64,000 bases of DNA, taken from NCBI GenBank assembly GCA_002269645.1, contig NIVC01000571.1:469212-533211 (forward strand). The letters run 5' to 3'. Origin of the DNA: Macrostomum lignano. Taxonomy: Eukaryota. A model generated the notes under the pieces. That model made no database searches and was not told the origin of the DNA. It saw only the letters and a program-made list of their open reading frames with translations. This document shows positions 58,918 to 64,000 of the stretch, piece by piece. How positions within the stretch are numbered: the stretch's first letter is position 1; each line of letters opens with the position of its first letter. The position numbers and the translations under genes were made by a program.

Positions 58918-61900
58918 ATGCTGGGCTTTCTCAAGAAGATCTACATCCTGCAGTGGAAAAATTTCAAGCTGAAGCAGCGAAATCCTGTAAGTTTTTAGAG
59001 CCTCGCTTTACAAAGCACCAGGCAGGACCAGGGCATCAATTGTGCCACTGGGGGTCAGGAAAATCGCAATACGATTGACTTTTGGGCTCCCGTGCTTCTG
59101 ACTGGATTTTCAGTCACAGGGCTCAGTTTCTGTGCTTCTGACTGGATTTTCAGTCACAGGGCTCAGTTTCTGTGCTTCTGACTGGATTTTCAGTCACAGG
59201 GCTCAGTTTCTGTGCTTCTGACTGGATTTTCAGTCACAGGGCTCAGTTTCTGTGCTTCTGACTGGATTTTCAGTCACAGGGCTCAGTTTCTGTGCTTCTG
59301 ACTGGATTTTCAGTCACAGGGCTCAGTTTCTGTGCTTCTGACTGGATTTCCAGTCACAGGGCTCAGTTTCTGTGCTTCTGACTGGATTTTCAGTCACAGG
59401 GCTCAGTTTCTGTGCTTCTGACTGGATTTTCAGTCACAGGGCTCAGTTTCTGTGCTTCTGACTGGATTTTCAGTCACAGGGCTCAGTTTCTGTGCTTCTG
59501 ACAGGATTTTCAGTCACAGGGCTCAGTTTCTGTGCTTCTGACTGGATTTTCAGTCACAGGGCTCAGTTTCTGTGCTTCTGACTGGATTTTCAGTCACAGG
59601 GCTCAGTTTCTGTGCTTCTGACTGGATTTTCAGTCACAGGGCTCAGTTTCTGTGCTTCTGACTGGATTTCCAGTCACAGGGCTCAGTTTCTGTGCTTCTG
59701 ACAGGATTTTCAGTCACAGGGCTCAGTGCAATCCGTAGCTCAGTGGGCTGCGGCTGTGAAGTAGCACCCACTTCCTTCTCTCACCCCACCAGGGCGCAAC
59801 AGCGCTAGAGATCTTGGCCCCGCTGCTGTCATTCCTTCTCCTGCTGATTGTCCGGCACTCGCGCGACTTCAGGCACGCCTCGTCGGCCTGCCAGTTCAAG
59901 CCGGCCGCCCTGGCCTCGAAGGGGCCGCTGGCGGCGCTCCGGGCCTTCTGCCACCTGGGCGTCTGCCAGCAGGGCGACCAGAACTTCAGCTCGGACGCGG
60001 GCTGTTCAACGACACCGAGTAAGGAGCCAGCAAGGCAAACTTTATTGGCGTTTCAATTCCAGTTAATTAATCTCTAGTACTACGAGCTACATGAGCCAAT
60101 TTAACTGGTGAAGCAGCAGTTCCAATTCTATTTATTAGTGTCAAAGACTCCCCGATCCGGTCGGGCTGCTGCTGTTGGGTCAGCAAAAAGCTCGTAACCT
60201 TTCCTATTTCTAGGTCTGGGTTTCCATGACCCAATCTAGCTGGTGTACCTGTCTGTCCTCATTCCTGCATATTCCAGGTTCAGAAACATAACCCAGGTGT
60301 TGCGAGCAGCCAACCTGGTGCTGACCAACCCCACGGTCAGGAAGTTTGCGAAGGCTGTCATGGCCGTGCCCGCCGGTGCCAATGACACAGGTGAGCAGTG
60401 AGCAACGACACAGCTTATGTGGAAGCAAAGAGAGTGCTCAGAAAACTAACGTTTAAATACAGTAGAAGATCAGAGAAAATCCATTCCCTTGTTTCCCCAG
60501 ACATGAAGCTTATACAGCTCAGCTCGGTGTTCGGCGGCGCAACGGCCCTGCTTAGCGGGGTGGACGCGACGGAAGCGCAGAAAAAAGATTTTGCAAAGGC
60601 AGAATTTCGATTTCCAAAAGTGAGCATCTGGTCTGTCTGCATTTTGCCTCTACCCGAAACCCCGCACAATGCAGCCTCACTCGTGCCCGAACCCCGCACA
60701 ATGCAATCCTCGCTCATGCCCGAACCCCGCACAATGCAACCCTCACTCATACCCGAACCCCGCACAATGCAACCCTCACTCATACCCGAACCCCGCACAA
60801 TGCAGCCCTCACTCGTGCCCGAACCCCGCACAATGCAATCCTCGCTCATGCCCGAACCCCGCACAATGCAACCCTCACTCATACCCGAACCCCGCACAAT
60901 GCAACCCTCACTCATACCCGAACCCCGCACAATGCAACCCTCACTCATGCCCGAACCCCGCACAATGCAACCCTCACTCATGCCCGAACCCCGCACAATG
61001 CAACCCTCACTCATGCCCGAACCCCGCACAATGCAGCCCTCACTCGTGCCCGAACCCCGCACAATGCAATCCTCACTCATGCCCGAACCCCGCACAATGC
61101 AATCCTCACTCATACCCGAACCCCGCACAATGCAATCCTCACTCATGCCCGAACCCCGCACAATGCAATCCTCACTCATACCCGAACCCCGCACAATGCA
61201 ATCCTCACTCATGCCCGAACCCCGCACAATGCAATCCTCACTCATGCCCGAACCCCGCACAATGCAACCCTCACTCATGCCCGAACCCCGCACAATGCAA
61301 CCCTCACTCATGCCCGAACCCCGCACAATGCAGCCCTCACTCGTGCCCGAACCCCGCACAATGCAGCCCCTCACTCGTGCCGAAAACCCACAGCGCTGGC
61401 ATTTGTCTGCAGGCCCGGTGGAACGGCTGATGCTGGAGCCGCTGATGCGGATGACGGAAACGCTACCAGCCGTAGTCTGTGGCAGCGGTGGCGGAGGCGA
61501 TGACGGATGGCTGACTGTGGCGACACTCTGTGAACAGGCAAATTCCGTGAAAATTTGAAGTCGCAGTTCGACATGGATGCCGCCCTGGATCAGGTAAGAC
61601 GAAATGAACAGAATGGAGTTCCAGAAGCTGAACTTATAGATATGTTATAGATACAAATAACACGTATACAATACATATACGAAGTACAATAATACAGATA
61701 TCGATATTTCGCTACTCAACCCAGATGGTTTCCACCGAAACTAATCCACATCTAATTGAACTGGAACTCAGTGACCTGACTAACTTGAAGACGCTGCTTT
61801 CTGGGGTGAGTAGAAATTGAATTCCACTGACGACCTGAAATTTTTACCGAAAGACAATACAGGTCTTGTCATCCAGTGCTGCCACTGCGTACGCTTGGAA

Positions 61901-64000
61901 CTGAGCAAGTTTGTATTGCGAACCAGTGCGCATAAAAGCACATGTAAAGCCAAGGCCATACCAACAACCGCTGCTCCTCCGCAGCTGAAAAGTTTGAAAC
62001 TCAACGGTCGACTGGCCGCCCTCGACGAGTTGTGGAACTTGACTGCCTCGCTGGCTGGCGGGCTCGGCGGCAACTCGGACCAGGCCACGCGGGGGATTCT
62101 GCGGCTCAGCCGAGTGCTGTGCGGCAGCGGCCGCTCCGTGTTCAGCAAGGTGGCGAAACGCTTGCGCAAGCAGCTGCAGCCGCTGATGTCGCTGCCGGTC
62201 GAGCAGTTTGCCTCGCTGAAGGGCAGCACACACGGCAACGACTCGGCCAGGGCGCTGCACCGGAAGGCTAGAGACGTCGGTGCGGCCGCGCGGCAGCGCA
62301 GCAAAGTAGGAGGAACGATACTAAAAAGCTAAAGCAGAAAAATCAGGAGGGTCAAGCTGCTGATTTGCTAGAGCAGTTTGTTCCGCCTGAGAAATGTAAG
62401 AATTCAAACAAATGTAAATCATTCCGGTAGTTTTTACTCTCGTTTTCTGTAATAAGAGATCGTCTAAAAGAGAGTAGGAATTGCAGAGTAACCTATCGTA
62501 AGTTCATCTTTGAACTTAAATTTAGAAGACCTTTGTAAACATTGTGCAGCGGTTAAAAAAAGAAGAAACTACACGCATTAACAAAGCGCGACATCCGGCT
62601 ATACCGCTTAAACTCCCCAGTCTGTCTCGATCGGAATTCTCAGTCGGCCATTTTTGGATCGCTGCGCTACGTCCTGCCGGATATCGGGCTCGGCAGCATT
62701 CTCAAAGTCATGTTCGGCGTCATCCCGTTCTATCCGGACACCCCAAGGACGCGCAAGTTTCTCGAAAAAGTGAGCATTGTATTTCGTACTCGATGTTGAA
62801 TTATGTTTTAATAACTGTGCTGATGGTCATAAAAATTCCGTACCAAACCCTGCAGCTGAACCGGACTCTACAAGGCATGAGCAGGCTGTCCTACCTGGCT
62901 GAGAGCTTCACTCAGGTCTTTAGTCCCGAGCTCGAAGAGTTTGTGAGCAAAAGCAATCGGATGCGACTGATCAGGGTGAGTGCACACCAGAGATTGGGAG
63001 AGCGGAAGAGGGTTCCATGAACTCGATGACTCTGAGGGGGGAATTAGACAGTCATGAGGTCCAACACGAAGATGTAGCGGCTGTGAGTCTGCAGTTTCTC
63101 ATTCTTCAATTCATAATGAAAACCCCAGGCTGCATTGCTGGCTTGCCACGGAACTCTGGGCAGCAAGTCGAACGGCGAAATGTGCCTCAGCCTGCTGAAA
63201 TTCTTGGCGCCCAAGCCCGACCCCGGTGGCAGCTTCGGCAGCTGGCGTGGTCTAATAAAGTTGACAAACTCGCTGATGCGCCGGCTGTACTACATGACAG
63301 CCTGCTTCCGGTTGAACAAGCTGCCCGGCTTCGGCAGCCTGGAGACTCTGGAAAACTACACCCGCTACCTCATCGACGAGTTCGGCCAGCACAGCGAAGC
63401 TAAAAAGCCGCTTTTCATTGCGTCCCTGCTGTTCGACAATCAGACGTCTGGCTTCGTGAAGTACCGGCTGCGTTTTCCGGAGGATGACGTGGATGACACT
63501 CGTATTTTCATGTCATCGACGATAAGTACACCGAGACGTCCAGGACTAAGTTTCCCACAGACTTCAAGTACTTCACTTCATTTTTTCTGCACATCCAGGT
63601 GAGAACTTGCTGATAGCTCGTAGTGAGTAAAGTTTACGAAATGCTACCGTTCTGATCCATCAGATAAGTTCCAATCGACTCGTCAATATAACGAGTGAAG
63701 CCAAGCAATGGCGTGAAACGTACCCAAAAGCATAAAGTAGCTGTCAACATTATTCATTCACATGCATTACTAGAATTCCGCCATAAAGATAAGGTAAACC
63801 TGATCTCTCCTGCAGGAGCTGTTGGAACAGGGAATCCAGGCTGCAATTTCTGGCGTGGACGCGCCGATCCAGACCTACATGTCCATGTTACCCACTGCCT
63901 GCTTCATTGACGACAAATTCATAAGCGCCATGGGCTCCTTCCTGCCTATGCTCATGACTGTATCCTGGATTTACAACGTGTCGCTGCTAGTAAACGCCAT
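58918..64000 (+). CDS. ABCA-subfamily transporter, paralog 3, 5' part. Exons 58918-58986, 59793-60018, 60278-60390, 60501-60619, 61394-61593, 61725-61805, 61985-62395, 62621-62769, 62856-62975, 63129-63598, 63816->64000; four -1 frameshifts
   Basis: MLGFLKKIYILQWKNFKLKQRNP start. Exon-by-exon homology to paralogs 1 and 2 ([31 protein letters not shown]). Frames are restored by adding one base in runs at about 60000, 61543, 62314 and 63508. Confidence 0.85.
59092..59726. repeat. 40-bp minisatellite in ABCA-3 intron 1
   Basis: (CTTCTGACTGGATTTTCAGTCACAGGGCTCAGTTTCTGTG)n, about 16 copies. Confidence 0.96.
60652..61383. repeat. 33-bp minisatellite filling ABCA-3 intron 4
   Basis: (CCCGAACCCCGCACAATGCAACCCTCACTCATG)n, about 22 copies. 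Confidence 0.96.

Overview
Eukaryotic (invertebrate animal) genomic DNA with short GT-AG introns, GC-rich exons and very many minisatellites. The style is reminiscent of the flatworm Macrostomum, but that is only a guess. The core is a cluster of three paralogous full-size ABCA lipid-transporter genes with matching exon structure. ABCA-1 is on + (20360-34336, 20 exons). ABCA-2 is on - (37630-56986, 23 exons, including three small 3' exons beyond an intronic retrotransposon). ABCA-3 is on + (58918 to beyond the window end). ABCA-1 and ABCA-2 are tail-to-tail and share sharply bounded near-identical blocks that include introns, pointing to gene conversion. ABCA-2 and ABCA-3 are head-to-head. The left part holds a secreted PAN/Apple + ALK/LTK-like glycine-rich protein gene (-, 2063-3706) and a nest of mobile DNA: a 5'-truncated RNase H LINE with a 12-bp TSD, a possible Polinton-like virus remnant, an internally deleted THAP/P-element transposon and several MITEs. 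The most unusual object is an Ingi-like non-LTR retrotransposon (40221-45060) inserted in a (CAG)n tract. Its polyprotein starts with a ubiquitin-like segment ending in VLRLRGG, and its AP-endonuclease is split by a ~218-aa insert carrying a PHD finger. Many 1-bp indels in homopolymer runs break reading frames and may be assembly errors. Exon models were derived by hand from splice signals, phase continuity and paralog comparison. No database searches were run.
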